A program made the translations under genes and the position numbers. Positions 22,534 to 33,018 of a stretch of DNA of 38,533 nt are shown here, one piece after another. The DNA lies in the NCBI GenBank assembly GCA_945882475.1, contig CAMCWJ010000001.1:1-38533 (forward strand), written 5' to 3'. Under the pieces are notes generated by a model. It was not told where the DNA came from. It did no database searches and saw only the letters and a program-made list of their open reading frames with translations. Position 1 is the stretch's first letter. The number at the start of each line of letters is the position of its first letter. Source of the DNA: Bifidobacterium breve. Lineage in GTDB: Bacteria; Actinomycetota; Actinomycetes; Mycobacteriales; Mycobacteriaceae.

Positions 22534-22803
22534 TCAGCGAAAAGCTAGCGCCGCCACCACGATCCAGCCGATCCCGACTCCCACCGCGGTACCGAGGACG
22601 GCCCAGCGCCGCACCGGGATACGGCGCCAACTCCACAGCGTCGGGGCAAGACCGCCGACTGCGATCAGGTTCAGCGCGATCGAGATCAGTGGGTTGACCC
22701 GCATCATGCCGATGCTCAGCACCACGATCGCCGCGGCGGTGACGGACGCCACGAACGCTGCGAACGTCAACCCGGTTCCCCACGGCGTCGACTCATCGGA
22801 CAC
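22534..22803 (-). CDS. DUF2537 membrane protein (Rv0882-like)
   Basis: TPWGTGLT...LNLIAVGGLAPTLW.WR..PV.RW pattern; synteny. Confidence 0.8.
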   Translation of the reverse strand: MSDESTPWGTGLTFAAFVASVTAAAIVVLSIGMMRVNPLISIALNLIAVGGLAPTLWSWRRIPVRRWAVLGTAVGVGIGWIVVAALAFR

Positions 22804-22812
22804 CCCGTCAGG

Positions 22813-23652
22813 CTAGCGGTCCGGACCCACCACATCCGCGCCGCCGCACCGCACGCGCTCGTAGAACGCACACGCCGCGGCGGTGGCGATGTTGAGCGAG
22901 TCGGTGCCACCCGACATCGGAACGCGGACCCGAACGTCGCTGGCCCGCATCGCGGTTTCGGTCAGACCGGGCCCTTCGGCACCCAAGAGGACCGCGACCT
23001 TCTGATCGGCGGCCGCCGCCAGGGCCTGAGCAAGGGTGTGGGCCCGTGGGTCGGGAGTCATGGCGAGCAAACGAAAACCGTTGCTGCGCAAAGTATCCAG
23101 CTCCGCAGGCCAGTTCAATGCTCTGGCGAACGGGACCAGCAGTGCATGGCCCATCGACACTCGAACCGCGCGTCGGTATAGCGGATCGGCGCAGCCGGCC
23201 CCGAAGATCACCGCATCGACATCCAGGCCCGCGGCGTTTCGAAATACCGACCCGAGGTTCTCATGATCATTGACGCCCTCGAGCACCGCGATGGTGCGGG
23301 CGCCGGCCAGCACCTCCCCGACCGTCAACTCCGATGGTCGGCGGGCCGCGCCCAGCACTCCCCGGTTGAGGTGGAATCCGACCACCTCGGCCATCACTTC
23401 TGTTGACGCGCGATAGAACGGGACGCCGACCCCGGACAGGTCGGCCGCCAACTCGGCCAGCCGGCGATCTGTACCGAGGAACGCGTGCGGGGTAAAGCGG
23501 GACGCCAGCATCCGCTGAACCACCAGCACACCCTCGGCGATCACCAGCCCCTTGCCGGTCGGAAGGTCGGGGCGCCGGTCGACGCTGTTGAGGTCGCGGA
23601 AGTCATCAACCCGGTCGTCGGCCGGATCGGTGATATCGATGACCAGATCCAC
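22813..23652 (-). CDS. TrmH/SpoU-family RNA methyltransferase (Rv0881-like)
   Basis: SPOUT motifs DHENLGSVFR, GAEGPGL and DSLN. Probable start is GTG 23652 (TAACTT 7 nt upstream), not 23841. Confidence 0.9.
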   Translation of the reverse strand: MDLVIDITDPADDRVDDFRDLNSVDRRPDLPTGKGLVIAEGVLVVQRMLASRFTPHAFLGTDRRLAELAADLSGVGVPFYRASTEVMAEVVGFHLNRGVLGAARRPSELTVGEVLAGARTIAVLEGVNDHENLGSVFRNAAGLDVDAVIFGAGCADPLYRRAVRVSMGHALLVPFARALNWPAELDTLRSNGFRLLAMTPDPRAHTLAQALAAAADQKVAVLLGAEGPGLTETAMRASDVRVRVPMSGGTDSLNIATAAACAFYERVRCGGADVVGPDR

Positions 23653-23665
23653 GTGGGCCAAGTTA

Positions 23666-23721
23666 CGCCGGGCGTTCGAGTCCGGGCGCGACCAAACCCC
23701 GCCCGGCGTTTGAGTCCGGGC
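23666..23721. repeat. 22-bp imperfect direct repeat (20/22) filling a divergent promoter region
   Basis: cgccgggcgttcgagtccgggc (23666-23687) versus cgcccggcgtttgagtccgggc (23700-23721). Confidence 0.8.
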
Positions 23722-23735
23722 TAGTGTTGGACACG

Positions 23736-24002
23736 ATGTCCTCCGAACCCGAACCGCCGTCGCTGCCCGCGGCGCTTCTGGACCCGCGGCCGGTGATCGC
23801 TGCCGGGGCCCTGCTCTGGGCGCTGGCCGCCGTAGCATCATTCACCGTCGATGCGTTGCACAGCTGGCGACCGGTGACGCTGGCAGGTCTGGCCGTCGGC
23901 GTGATCGGCTTGTCGATCTTCCTGTGGCAACGCACGGCCGCCCGGCGGGGATCCCGCGGCGCGCAGACCGGGCTCGAGCCGACCAGACATCCGCAGCACT
24001 GA
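23736..24002 (+). CDS. DUF2530 membrane protein (Rv0879c-like)
   Basis: PPSLPAALLDPRPVI...WQRTAARRGSRGAQTGL; two hydrophobic segments. Confidence 0.82.
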   Translation: MSSEPEPPSLPAALLDPRPVIAAGALLWALAAVASFTVDALHSWRPVTLAGLAVGVIGLSIFLWQRTAARRGSRGAQTGLEPTRHPQH

Positions 24003-24016
24003 CGAGAGGAAAACCA

Positions 24017-24472
24017 ATGGCAGCATCGATCCTGCAGGCAGAAATCGAAATCAACGCCCCGGTAAGCAAGGTCTGGGGGCTGGTCTCGGATCTGAGCCGG
24101 ATGCCGCAGTGGAGTCCCCAGTGCCGCCTCATGAAACCGCTCGGCCCACTGCGCCCAGGCACTCGCACGATCAACCTCAACCGGCGCAATCTGTTGTTCT
24201 GGCCGACCACCTCGACCATCACCGAGGTTCTTCCGGAGCGCAAATTGGCCTTCCGGATCCCCCTGAACACCAGCGTCTGGAGCTACGAACTGGAGCCGAC
24301 GGCAACCGGGACCCGTCTGGTGGAGACCAGGCGCGCCGATAACGGAGTAACGGCGGTGTCGAAGGCGGTGACCAACGCCGCCCTCGGTGGCGTACCGAGC
24401 TTCGAGAAGGAACTGCTCGAGGGAATGAATCTCTCCCTGGCCAGGATCAAGGCCGCCGCAGAAAAGGGTTAA
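24017..24472 (+). CDS. SRPBCC-family protein
   Basis: IEINAPVSKVWGLVSDLSRMPQWSPQ N-terminus; GAGAGGA RBS before ATG 24017. Confidence 0.85.
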   Translation: MAASILQAEIEINAPVSKVWGLVSDLSRMPQWSPQCRLMKPLGPLRPGTRTINLNRRNLLFWPTTSTITEVLPERKLAFRIPLNTSVWSYELEPTATGTRLVETRRADNGVTAVSKAVTNAALGGVPSFEKELLEGMNLSLARIKAAAEKG

Positions 24473-25494
24473 TCTTCGACGGGCGTGTCTTCGACGGGCG
24501 TGTCTGTAACCGCTTCTGCGACAAGGGTTTCAGCCTCGACAGAAGGATCCCCGAGATCGGCTTCGGCGGGAGCGGGTTCCGCGATGAAAGTTTCGGCCGC
24601 CTCGGGATCCTCCGCCACCTGTGCTTCAACCACGCCCTCGCCGACATCGAGAGGTTCAGCGGCGAGGGGCTCAACGGCGAGGGGCTCGGCGACGAGGGAC
24701 TCAACGACGAGGCCGTCAGCCGGAGAGGCGCGAACCACCTCGATCACCCCGTCGTCGTAGGGCTCGTATGCCGGGGACCCGGCCCCTGGCGGCGCGGGAG
24801 TGTCCGAGTGCGCACCGCACCCGTAGTTGAAGTCCACGACGCGTCCGTCGGCGGCCATCGCGTTGCAGCAGACCCCGAACATCACCCCGAGAGCGCCGGC
24901 CAGCGGCACCATGAAACCGCAGTCCCGGCATGCGCGCTTGGTGGCCCTGGCCATCGGCGCCTCGGGCCCGAAGTCGCCGTCGTGCCAGCGTTGCGCGGCA
25001 TCGTCGCGGCCGAACATGCTCAAGACCCGGCGTCGGCCGAACCCGACCTCGAGTGCGGTGTCGTCGATCAGCGGGTCACCGGTGGCCACGAAGCCCGGCG
25101 ACAGCCGTGGATCGTCGGGCAACGGCGCCAGTAGATCTCCCGGACCGAGATCGCCGGGCTGCACCCGCTCCTCCCACGGCAACCAGGCCGGGGCGAGCAG
25201 TGCGGTGGGTCCGGGCACCAGGACGACTTCGCTGACCGTCGGCCCGGTGGCGCCCGGTGCGGCGGCCAGCACGACGGCCCACTGCCAGCCGTGGTAGCCC
25301 GGCAGGGTGGCCAGGAATCGGTGGGTCGCGGCCGCGTCGTCTTCGAAGCCGACGCCGAGATACTCACCGACGGCGTCGCCACTGAACTCGACGACGGCCT
25401 GGCGGGCCTGATCGACCGCGCCGGCGAGCAGCGCGGCGATCTCCTGCGACGGCTCTGCAGTCGGGGGTTCAAGGGTCTCGGTGAGGCTGTTCAT
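24469..25494 (-). CDS. DUF3027 protein (Rv0877-like) with an acidic C-terminal extension
   Basis: GYHGWQWAV, PWEERVQPGDLGPGD, CxxC, FGVCCN and YGCGAHS motifs. Start is near ATG 25494. Confidence 0.85.
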   Translation of the reverse strand: MNSLTETLEPPTAEPSQEIAALLAGAVDQARQAVVEFSGDAVGEYLGVGFEDDAAATHRFLATLPGYHGWQWAVVLAAAPGATGPTVSEVVLVPGPTALLAPAWLPWEERVQPGDLGPGDLLAPLPDDPRLSPGFVATGDPLIDDTALEVGFGRRRVLSMFGRDDAAQRWHDGDFGPEAPMARATKRACRDCGFMVPLAGALGVMFGVCCNAMAADGRVVDFNYGCGAHSDTPAPPGAGSPAYEPYDDGVIEVVRASPADGLVVESLVAEPLAVEPLAAEPLDVGEGVVEAQVAEDPEAAETFIAEPAPAEADLGDPSVEAETLVAEAVTDTPVEDTPVED

Positions 25495-25583
25495 CACCAC
25501 CAATCTTGCCTCACCCACAACCCGGGCGGCCACGCCGGTCCGTCGCACGGGTGCACCTCGGCGGGATAGGAGACAATTGTCGG

Positions 25584-27218
25584 GTGTCTGAACGGCGGCG
25601 TCCGCACCAGGGCACGGGCTCTGCGCCCGGCCCCGGCGGTCGTCGCGCCGCCGGTCAGCATCCCGGCATGGCGAACTACCCCAGTGACGACAGTGCCAAC
25701 CGCTACCTGCCGCCGTTGGACCCGGATCGCCGGCGCTCATCGCAATTCGCGGCAGATTTCGACGCCGATCAGAGCGATAGCGGGCCGCGTCCGCGCGGCA
25801 CCCGGGCCGCCGCGATGCGCAGCCGCGAGATGGGCTCACGGATGTACTCGCTGGTGCACCGGGCCGCGACCGCCGACGGTGCAGACAAGTCCGGTCTGAC
25901 CGCACTCACCTGGCCGGTGGTGGCGAATTTCGCGGTGGACTCCGCGATGGCGGTGGCGTTGGCCAACACGCTGTTCTTCGCGGCGGCCACCGGGGAGAGC
26001 AAGGGCCGGGTCGCGCTGTACCTGCTCATCACGATCGCCCCGTTCGCGGTGATCGCACCCTTGATCGGGCCGGCCCTGGACCGCGTACAGCAGGGCCGCC
26101 GGGCGGCTCTGGCGACGTCGTTCCTGCTGCGCACCCTGCTGGCGGTGGTGCTGATCGCCAACTACGACGGCGGCATCGGCAGCTACCCGTCCTGGGTGCT
26201 CTATCCGTGTGCGCTGGGCATGATGGTGCTCTCCAAATCGTTCTCCGTCCTGCGCAGCGCGGTGACACCGCGGGTGATGCCACCGGGCATCGATCTCGTT
26301 CGGGTCAATTCCCGGCTGACGATGTTCGGCCTTCTCGGCGGCACGATCGTCGGCGGGGGCATCGCCGCCGCCTTCGAGTACGTGTTCGGCACTCTCCTCG
26401 GATTGCCAGGGGCGTTGTTCGTCGTCGTGTTCGTCACCCTCGCGGGGGCGTCGCTGACGATGCGTATCCCCCGCTGGGTGGAGGTCACCGAGGGTGAGGT
26501 TCCGGCCACCCTGACCTACCACGGCCACCAGAGCGGTAGCTTTGACTGGCTCGATGACGAGCCCACCGAGATCATCGGAACACCGCGACAACCATTGGGC
26601 CGCAACATCATCACCGCGCTGTGGGGCAACTGCACCATCAAAGCAATGGTCGGATTCCTCTTCCTCTACCCTGCTTTCTTCGCCAAGGCCCAGGACGGCG
26701 GCGGCTGGGAACAGCTGGGAATTCTCGCGACGATCGGGGTGGCGGCGGCGATCGGCAACTTCGCCGGCAACCTCGCCGCCGCCCGAATGCAGCTCGGTCG
26801 GCCGGCCGCGCTGGTGGTCCGGGCCGCCGTCGCAGTCACGCTGGCGGCATTGGCCGCCGCAGTGAGCGGCACTCTGGTGGCCGCCGCGCTTGCCACGCTG
26901 GTGACCTCCGGCGCCAGCGCCATCGCCAAGGCTGCACTGGACGCCTCGCTGCAGGACGATCTTCCCGAAGAGTCCCGGGCATCGGCCTTCGGCCGGTCGG
27001 AGTCGGTGCTGCAACTGGCCTGGGTTCTCGGTGGGGCGCTCGGCGTGCTGGTCTACACGGAATTGTGGGTCGGCTTCACCGCCATCAGCTCGCTGCTCAT
27101 CCTCGGCCTGGCCCAGACCGTGCTGAGTTACCGCGGCGCATCGCTGATCCCCGGCTTCGGCGGCAACCGCCCGGTGCTGGCACATCCCGAAGGCAGCATC
27201 TCCGCGGTGCACCGATGA
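25584..27218 (+). CDS. MFS-type membrane protein (Rv0876c-like)
   Basis: HPGMANYP, HRAATADGADKSGLTALTW and many TM segments. Start is GTG 25584 (GACAAT 6 nt upstream) or ATG 25668. Confidence 0.85.
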   Translation: MSERRRPHQGTGSAPGPGGRRAAGQHPGMANYPSDDSANRYLPPLDPDRRRSSQFAADFDADQSDSGPRPRGTRAAAMRSREMGSRMYSLVHRAATADGADKSGLTALTWPVVANFAVDSAMAVALANTLFFAAATGESKGRVALYLLITIAPFAVIAPLIGPALDRVQQGRRAALATSFLLRTLLAVVLIANYDGGIGSYPSWVLYPCALGMMVLSKSFSVLRSAVTPRVMPPGIDLVRVNSRLTMFGLLGGTIVGGGIAAAFEYVFGTLLGLPGALFVVVFVTLAGASLTMRIPRWVEVTEGEVPATLTYHGHQSGSFDWLDDEPTEIIGTPRQPLGRNIITALWGNCTIKAMVGFLFLYPAFFAKAQDGGGWEQLGILATIGVAAAIGNFAGNLAAARMQLGRPAALVVRAAVAVTLAALAAAVSGTLVAAALATLVTSGASAIAKAALDASLQDDLPEESRASAFGRSESVLQLAWVLGGALGVLVYTELWVGFTAISSLLILGLAQTVLSYRGASLIPGFGGNRPVLAHPEGSISAVHR

Positions 27219-27706
27219 CGCGGCTGGGCCGGATTCTGGCCGTGGTGGTGGTGGTGCTCGCAGCTGCCGGCGCGGGTGCCGGCGCATGGCTGCTGACCCG
27301 CGACCACGGCGGCGGACTGCCGCAGATCTCGGTCTACTCGCGGGGCCAGACCGTCCGGGTGGACCCCTTCGTCTACTGCGACGTGGTCAACCTTAATGAC
27401 TGCGTGAAAGCCGGTGCACAGGGCGAACTTTCGGTGACCGAGCGCGAACCGGTGCAGCTATCGGTACCCGCCGCCATCGGCCGCGCACCGTGGCGGCTGC
27501 TGCGGGTCTACACCGACGAACGAAACTCCACCACCACGCTGTACCGCCCGGACAGCCACCTGGCGGTGACCATTCCCACAGTCGATCCGCAACGCGGTCG
27601 GCTAGCCGGGGTGGTGGTTCAGCTGATGACCCTCGTGCAGGACCAGGACGGCGAACTGCACGACGTTCCGCATGCGGAATGGTCGGTACGTCTGGCGTGG
27701 CGGTGA
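27215..27706 (+). CDS. DUF2771 exported protein (Rv0875c-like)
   Basis: ATGA overlap with the MFS stop; N-terminal TM helix; YCDVVNLNDC and PHAEWSVR. Confidence 0.82.
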   Translation: MTRLGRILAVVVVVLAAAGAGAGAWLLTRDHGGGLPQISVYSRGQTVRVDPFVYCDVVNLNDCVKAGAQGELSVTEREPVQLSVPAAIGRAPWRLLRVYTDERNSTTTLYRPDSHLAVTIPTVDPQRGRLAGVVVQLMTLVQDQDGELHDVPHAEWSVRLAWR

Positions 27707-27713
27707 GGCGAGG

Positions 27714-28124
27714 CTAGGCGTCCAGCTCGCCGGCAACCGCCCGGACCACTTCCGACACCCGGCGGGCGACCTTCTTGTCCGGATACTTGCCGCGGCGGAG
27801 CTCCGGCTGAACGGCGCTCTCCAGCAGGGTGATCATGTCCTCGACCATCCCGTGCAACTCGTCCGGAGTGTGCTTGTGCTCGGCCGCGGCGGCCTCCCGG
27901 CGGGTGCGGACCAGGCTCGGCGGCGCGTCAATCAGCGTGACACTGAGCGCCTGGGGTCCGCGGCGGCCCGATGCCAGACCGAACTCGACCTTCTGGCCGG
28001 CCTTGAGACCCTCGACGCCGTCGGGCAGGGCCGAGGCACGGACGTAGACGTCTTCCCCGTCCTCCTGGGACAGGAAGCCGAAGCCCTTCTCGACGTCGTA
28101 CCACTTCACCTTGCCGGTCGGCAC
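27714..28124 (-). CDS. cspB: Cold-shock protein CspB (CSD plus C-terminal helical domain)
   Basis: [21 protein letters not shown]1 motif; start GTG 28124. Confidence 0.92.
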   Translation of the reverse strand: MPTGKVKWYDVEKGFGFLSQEDGEDVYVRASALPDGVEGLKAGQKVEFGLASGRRGPQALSVTLIDAPPSLVRTRREAAAAEHKHTPDELHGMVEDMITLLESAVQPELRRGKYPDKKVARRVSEVVRAVAGELDA

Positions 28125-28140
28125 GTCTCTCACCCGATCT

Positions 28141-28199
28141 GTCAGTTGCCGCAACATATGACGAAGCGCCCCGTGGGCAGGACGCGTCAGCCGATCCTA
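28141..28199 (-). promoter_or_regulatory. cspB -10 box and structured 5' UTR
   Basis: TAGGAT at 28199-28194, then hairpin GCGUCCUG-CCCA-CGGGGCGC (28185-28166) and a second bulged stem (28162-28141). Confidence 0.55.
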
Positions 28200-28279
28200 C
28201 TCAAGCCACCGGCGGGGATCGCCGTGTTTGGCGGGCACGCTCTGGGGTTGGGTAGGCTGACCGGACCTCTGGAGGAGAC

Positions 28280-28672
28280 ATGCGGCTGGTCCTGAACGTC
28301 ATCTGGTTGCTGTTCGGCGGTTTGTGGCTCGCCCTGGGCTACCTTGCGGCAGCTCTCATCTGTTTCCTGCTGATCGTCACCATCCCCTTCGGTTTCGCCT
28401 CGGCACGGATCGCGCTGTACGCGTTGTGGCCATTCGGCCGGACCATCGTCGACAAACCGGGCCCGCGCCCCGGCGCACTCGTGGGCAACGTGCTGTGGGT
28501 GGTGCTCTGCGGGGTGTGGCTGGCGATCGGCCACGTCCTTACCGCGGTGGCGATGGCGATCACGATCATCGGCATTCCGCTGGCGCTGGCCAATCTGAAG
28601 CTCATCCCGGTCTCGCTGATGCCGTTGGGCAAGGAGATCGTCCCGGTCGACCGCGTGCCGGCGCACCAATGA
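28280..28672 (+). CDS. YccF-domain inner membrane protein (Rv0870c-like)
   Basis: Duplicated NVIW...GGLWLA / TIPFG...LWPFG repeat; GGAGGAG RBS. Confidence 0.9.
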   Translation: MRLVLNVIWLLFGGLWLALGYLAAALICFLLIVTIPFGFASARIALYALWPFGRTIVDKPGPRPGALVGNVLWVVLCGVWLAIGHVLTAVAMAITIIGIPLALANLKLIPVSLMPLGKEIVPVDRVPAHQ

Positions 28673-29733
28673 CGGCCACCGAACTCGGATTGCCGGCGGT
28701 GCGGCAGGCCCGTGAGTCGGACCTGGCGGGCATGCCGACCGAGGGCCCCCTACTGGACACCTTCGGACGCACTGCCACCGATCTGCGGGTGTCGCTGACC
28801 GACCGGTGCAATCTGCGCTGCACCTACTGCATGCCGGCCGAGGGCCTGGACTGGTTGCCCGGCGACGACCTGCTAACCATCAACGAACTCACCCGGCTGT
28901 TGACGCTGGCCGTCACCCGCCTGGGCATCACCAACATCCGGTTCACGGGTGGGGAACCGCTGCTCTTCGGCGGCCTCGAGCAGGTGGTGGCCGCGGCCGC
29001 CGCGCTGCGCCCTCGTCCCGAGATCGCTTTGACCACCAACGGGGTCGGACTGGCCCGACGCGCCGCAGCCCTGGCAGGCGCCGGGCTCGATCGGGTCAAC
29101 GTCTCGCTGGACACCGTCGACCGGGCCAACTTTGCCGCGATCACCCGCCGGGACAGGCTCGACAACGTGATCGACGGCTTGAGCGCGGCAGCAGCCGCGG
29201 GGTTGGGGCCGATCAAGGTCAACGCGGTCCTCGATCCGGTCACCGGCCTCGCCGACGCGGCCGAGCTGCTCCGGTTCTGCCTGCGGCACGGTTACCAGTT
29301 GCGGATCATCGAGCAGATGCCGCTGGACGCCGATCAACGATGGAACCGTCAGGATGCAGTGTCGGCGACCGACATCGTGGCGGGGCTGCGTCGCGAGTTC
29401 GACCTGAGCGCCGACCCGACTCCGCGTGGCTCGGCGCCGGCGCGCTTGTGGCTCGTGGACGGTGGGCCGGCGACGGTGGGCATCATCGCCTCGGTGTCGG
29501 ACGCGTTCTGCGCGGCGTGCGACCGCACCCGGTTGACCGCGGACGGCCAGGTTCGCAACTGCCTGTTCGCCACCGAGGAGACCGATCTGCGCGGGCTGCT
29601 GCGCGGTGGCGCCGACGACGCCGTCGTCGAAGCGGCGTGGCGCGCCGCGATGTGGCGCAAGGCCGCCGGCCATGGCATAAACACCCCGGGGTTCGTGCAA
29701 CCGACCCGGCCGATGAGCGCGATCGGTGGCTGA
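28669..29733 (+). CDS. moaA: GTP 3',8-cyclase MoaA
   Basis: Radical SAM CNLRCTYC, TGGEP, second-cluster CxxC...C and C-terminal IGG. ATGA overlap with yccF. Confidence 0.95.
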   Translation: MTATELGLPAVRQARESDLAGMPTEGPLLDTFGRTATDLRVSLTDRCNLRCTYCMPAEGLDWLPGDDLLTINELTRLLTLAVTRLGITNIRFTGGEPLLFGGLEQVVAAAAALRPRPEIALTTNGVGLARRAAALAGAGLDRVNVSLDTVDRANFAAITRRDRLDNVIDGLSAAAAAGLGPIKVNAVLDPVTGLADAAELLRFCLRHGYQLRIIEQMPLDADQRWNRQDAVSATDIVAGLRREFDLSADPTPRGSAPARLWLVDGGPATVGIIASVSDAFCAACDRTRLTADGQVRNCLFATEETDLRGLLRGGADDAVVEAAWRAAMWRKAAGHGINTPGFVQPTRPMSAIGG

Positions 29734-30002
29734 TGGGCGGGCTGACCACCGGGGTGCCGGTGACCGTTCGATTCTTTGCTGCCGCCCGTGCGGCGGCGGG
29801 TAGCGAAACCGAGCACCTGACGCTGGAACCGGGCGCGACAGTCGCCGACGTTGTCAGTGAACTGTGCTGCCGCAGTGACGAATTGGCACAGGTGTTGCAG
29901 AAGTGCTCCTACCTCTGTGACGGCCTCGCAGTTCGCGACCACAGTGCCGTTCTACTTCCCCACCAGACCCTGGACGTTCTGCCGCCCTTTGCGGGCGGAT
30001 AG
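29733..30002 (+). CDS. moaD: Molybdopterin synthase sulfur carrier MoaD
   Basis: VRFFAAAR...DVLPPFAGG C-terminus; TGATG coupling to moaA. Confidence 0.92.
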   Translation: MGGLTTGVPVTVRFFAAARAAAGSETEHLTLEPGATVADVVSELCCRSDELAQVLQKCSYLCDGLAVRDHSAVLLPHQTLDVLPPFAGG

Positions 30003-30018
30003 CGTGATTTAGCTCACA
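30003..30018. promoter_or_regulatory. CRP-type binding site upstream of rpfA
   Basis: CGTGA-TTTAGC-TCACA matches TGTGA-N6-TCACA at 9 of 10 positions. CRP control of rpfA is established in M. tuberculosis. Confidence 0.7.
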
Positions 30019-30035
30019 TCACAGTCGAGTCACAG
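30018..30035 (+). promoter_or_regulatory. MtrA-box-like direct repeat upstream of rpfA
   Basis: TCACAG at 30019 and 30030 (11-bp period, OmpR-type spacing), resembling the GTCACA MtrA motif. Confidence 0.55.
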
Positions 30036-30207
30036 GGTGACCACGGAGCGATATCACCGGGCTGAACGCTGGGTCTTCATGGGGTTTTAGAGATTCCTTA
30101 TTGTTTGCTCGACACCGGAAACGCGACGCCTGGCAAAGATGACGCGCTCCGGGGCAGCCGATACCGTTTCTACGGGTCCGCCCCTGGTGGGGCGAGGCGC
30201 GATCTGA

Positions 30208-31368
<1,161 letters not shown>

Positions 31369-31373
31369 GGGCG

Positions 31374-31799
31374 CTACGCCGAGTTCACCCACTCGTCGGT
31401 TCCGTCACCGAAATACTGGTGCTTCCACACCGGAAGACGCTCCTTGACGGCGTCGACGACGCGCGCGCAGGTATCGAAGGCCGCCGCCCGATGATCGGCC
31501 GAGACAGCCACCACGAGAGCGGCCTCACCGATGGCAAGCGGTCCGATTCGATGACTGACGGCGATCGCGCGCACACCCGCAACCTCAGCGGCGACGGCGG
31601 CAACCGCCTCGAACAACGTCTGCGCGGCCGACGGGTGCGCCGAGTACTCCAACCTCAGCACGCTGCGGGCAGCATCGTGGTTGCGCACAACACCGGCAAA
31701 TCCGACTACCGCTCCGGCGGTTTCGGTGGCGACGAGTTCCTCGTGCTCGCTCAGCGAGATCGGATCCTCGGTGACGGCTGCCCGCAGGATTGTGGTCAT
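31374..31799 (-). CDS. moaE: Molybdopterin synthase catalytic subunit MoaE
   Basis: [21 protein letters not shown] and PVWKHQ motifs; ATG 31799 overlaps the mog stop. Confidence 0.93.
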   Translation of the reverse strand: MTTILRAAVTEDPISLSEHEELVATETAGAVVGFAGVVRNHDAARSVLRLEYSAHPSAAQTLFEAVAAVAAEVAGVRAIAVSHRIGPLAIGEAALVVAVSADHRAAAFDTCARVVDAVKERLPVWKHQYFGDGTDEWVNSA

Positions 31800-32284
31800 C
31801 GCGGGTGGTCTCCTCCAGCCAGTTGATCCAACGCATGCTCGAGAACGTCGGCCAGCACCGCCAACCCGTCGCGGACACCGCCGGTGGAGCCGGGCAGATT
31901 CACCACCAGGGTGCGCCCGGCCACTCCACATACGCCGCGCGACAGTATCGCGGTGGGCACCGCCGGCAGGCCGGACCGCCGGATCGCGTCCGCCAGACCC
32001 GGGATCTGGTAGTCGATCACCGCGCAGGTGGCCTCCGGGGTGGAATCGCTCGGCGAGATCCCGGTACCCCCCGAGGTGATGACAACGTCGAACCCCGTCC
32101 GCACCGCCGCACGCAACGCCTCGGTCACCTCCGGCCCGTCGGCGACCACGACAGGGGCGGCGACCGCCAACCCGCGCGCCTGCAGCCAGTCGGCGATGAT
32201 CGGCCCGCACCGGTCTTCGTAGACCCCCGTGGCGGCGCGGGTGGAGGCGATCACGACCTGCCCGCGACGGTGCGGGCCGGTCAT
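31796..32284 (-). CDS. mog: MogA/MoaB molybdopterin adenylyltransferase
   Basis: SGGTG, D.TPEAT, LSRG and NLPGS motifs. Confidence 0.9.
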   Translation of the reverse strand: MTGPHRRGQVVIASTRAATGVYEDRCGPIIADWLQARGLAVAAPVVVADGPEVTEALRAAVRTGFDVVITSGGTGISPSDSTPEATCAVIDYQIPGLADAIRRSGLPAVPTAILSRGVCGVAGRTLVVNLPGSTGGVRDGLAVLADVLEHALDQLAGGDHPR

Positions 32285-32769
32285 TGCCCCGCGGTCCAGA
32301 CGCCGGTCTTGCCACCTTCTTTGCGCAGCACGCGAATGTTCTCGATGCGGGCCGCGGGGTCGACGGCCTTAATCATGTCGTACACCGTCAGGGCGGCAAC
32401 GCTGACCGCGGTCAATGCCTCCATCTCGACGCCGGTGCGGTCGGTGGTGCGCACCGATGCAGTGAGTTCGACTGCACCGCCACTGATGTCGAAGTCGATG
32501 TCGACTCCGGTGAGCGCAAGCTGATGGCACAGCGGGATCAGATCGCTGGTGCGCTTTGCCGCCAGGATGCCGGCGACCCGGGCGGTGGCCAGGGCGTCAC
32601 CTTTGGGCAACCCGCCGGCGGCGATCATCGCGGTCACCTCGGCGGTGGTGCACACCGTCCCGGCCGCAGTCGCACTTCGCACGGTCACCGCCTTGGCGGC
32701 GACATCCACCATGCGCGCGGCGCCGTCGTCATCGAGATGCGAGAGCCGGCGCTGCCCGGTGTTGCTCAC
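32281..32769 (-). CDS. moaC: Cyclic pyranopterin monophosphate synthase MoaC
   Basis: LSHLD...[25 protein letters not shown] and KEGGKTG motifs; start near GTG 32769. Confidence 0.94.
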   Translation of the reverse strand: MSNTGQRRLSHLDDDGAARMVDVAAKAVTVRSATAAGTVCTTAEVTAMIAAGGLPKGDALATARVAGILAAKRTSDLIPLCHQLALTGVDIDFDISGGAVELTASVRTTDRTGVEMEALTAVSVAALTVYDMIKAVDPAARIENIRVLRKEGGKTGVWTAGQ

Positions 32770-32771
32770 CG

Positions 32772-32954
32772 TTACCGGTTGACGACGGTGACCGGGTGAA
32801 CGTAGGGCAGATCGTCGGCGGGCAGCGGGAACGTGGTGTCGCCGAACGGGGACAGCGCCCCCACCCGGTCGGATGCGAGTTCGCTCACCGGGTGGTCGTC
32901 GGGATCCCGGGTGGGCCAGCCATTGTCGATGTATCGGTGCGTCTTCTGTGCCAC
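32772..32954 (-). CDS. Small conserved actinobacterial protein (Rv0863-like)
   Basis: YIDNGWP...[20 protein letters not shown] motif; directly upstream of moaC; CACAAT 6 nt before the GTG. Confidence 0.8.
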   Translation of the reverse strand: MAQKTHRYIDNGWPTRDPDDHPVSELASDRVGALSPFGDTTFPLPADDLPYVHPVTVVNR

Positions 32955-33018
32955 GGGTCCATTGTGTCACTTGTGCGCCGACCGCGCCCGGATCAGCACT
33001 GTTTTAGGCTTCTCGACA

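Noticed and set aside
23666-23721. Possible mini-CRISPR or IS end
   Set aside because: Only two copies with a 12-bp spacer, and no cas or transposase gene in the window.
28224-28258. SigF-like promoter (GTTT-N15-GGGTT) upstream of yccF
   Set aside because: The -10 is imperfect and GGGTA sits at the wrong spacing. An adjacent TAGGCT SigA-type box explains the region as well.
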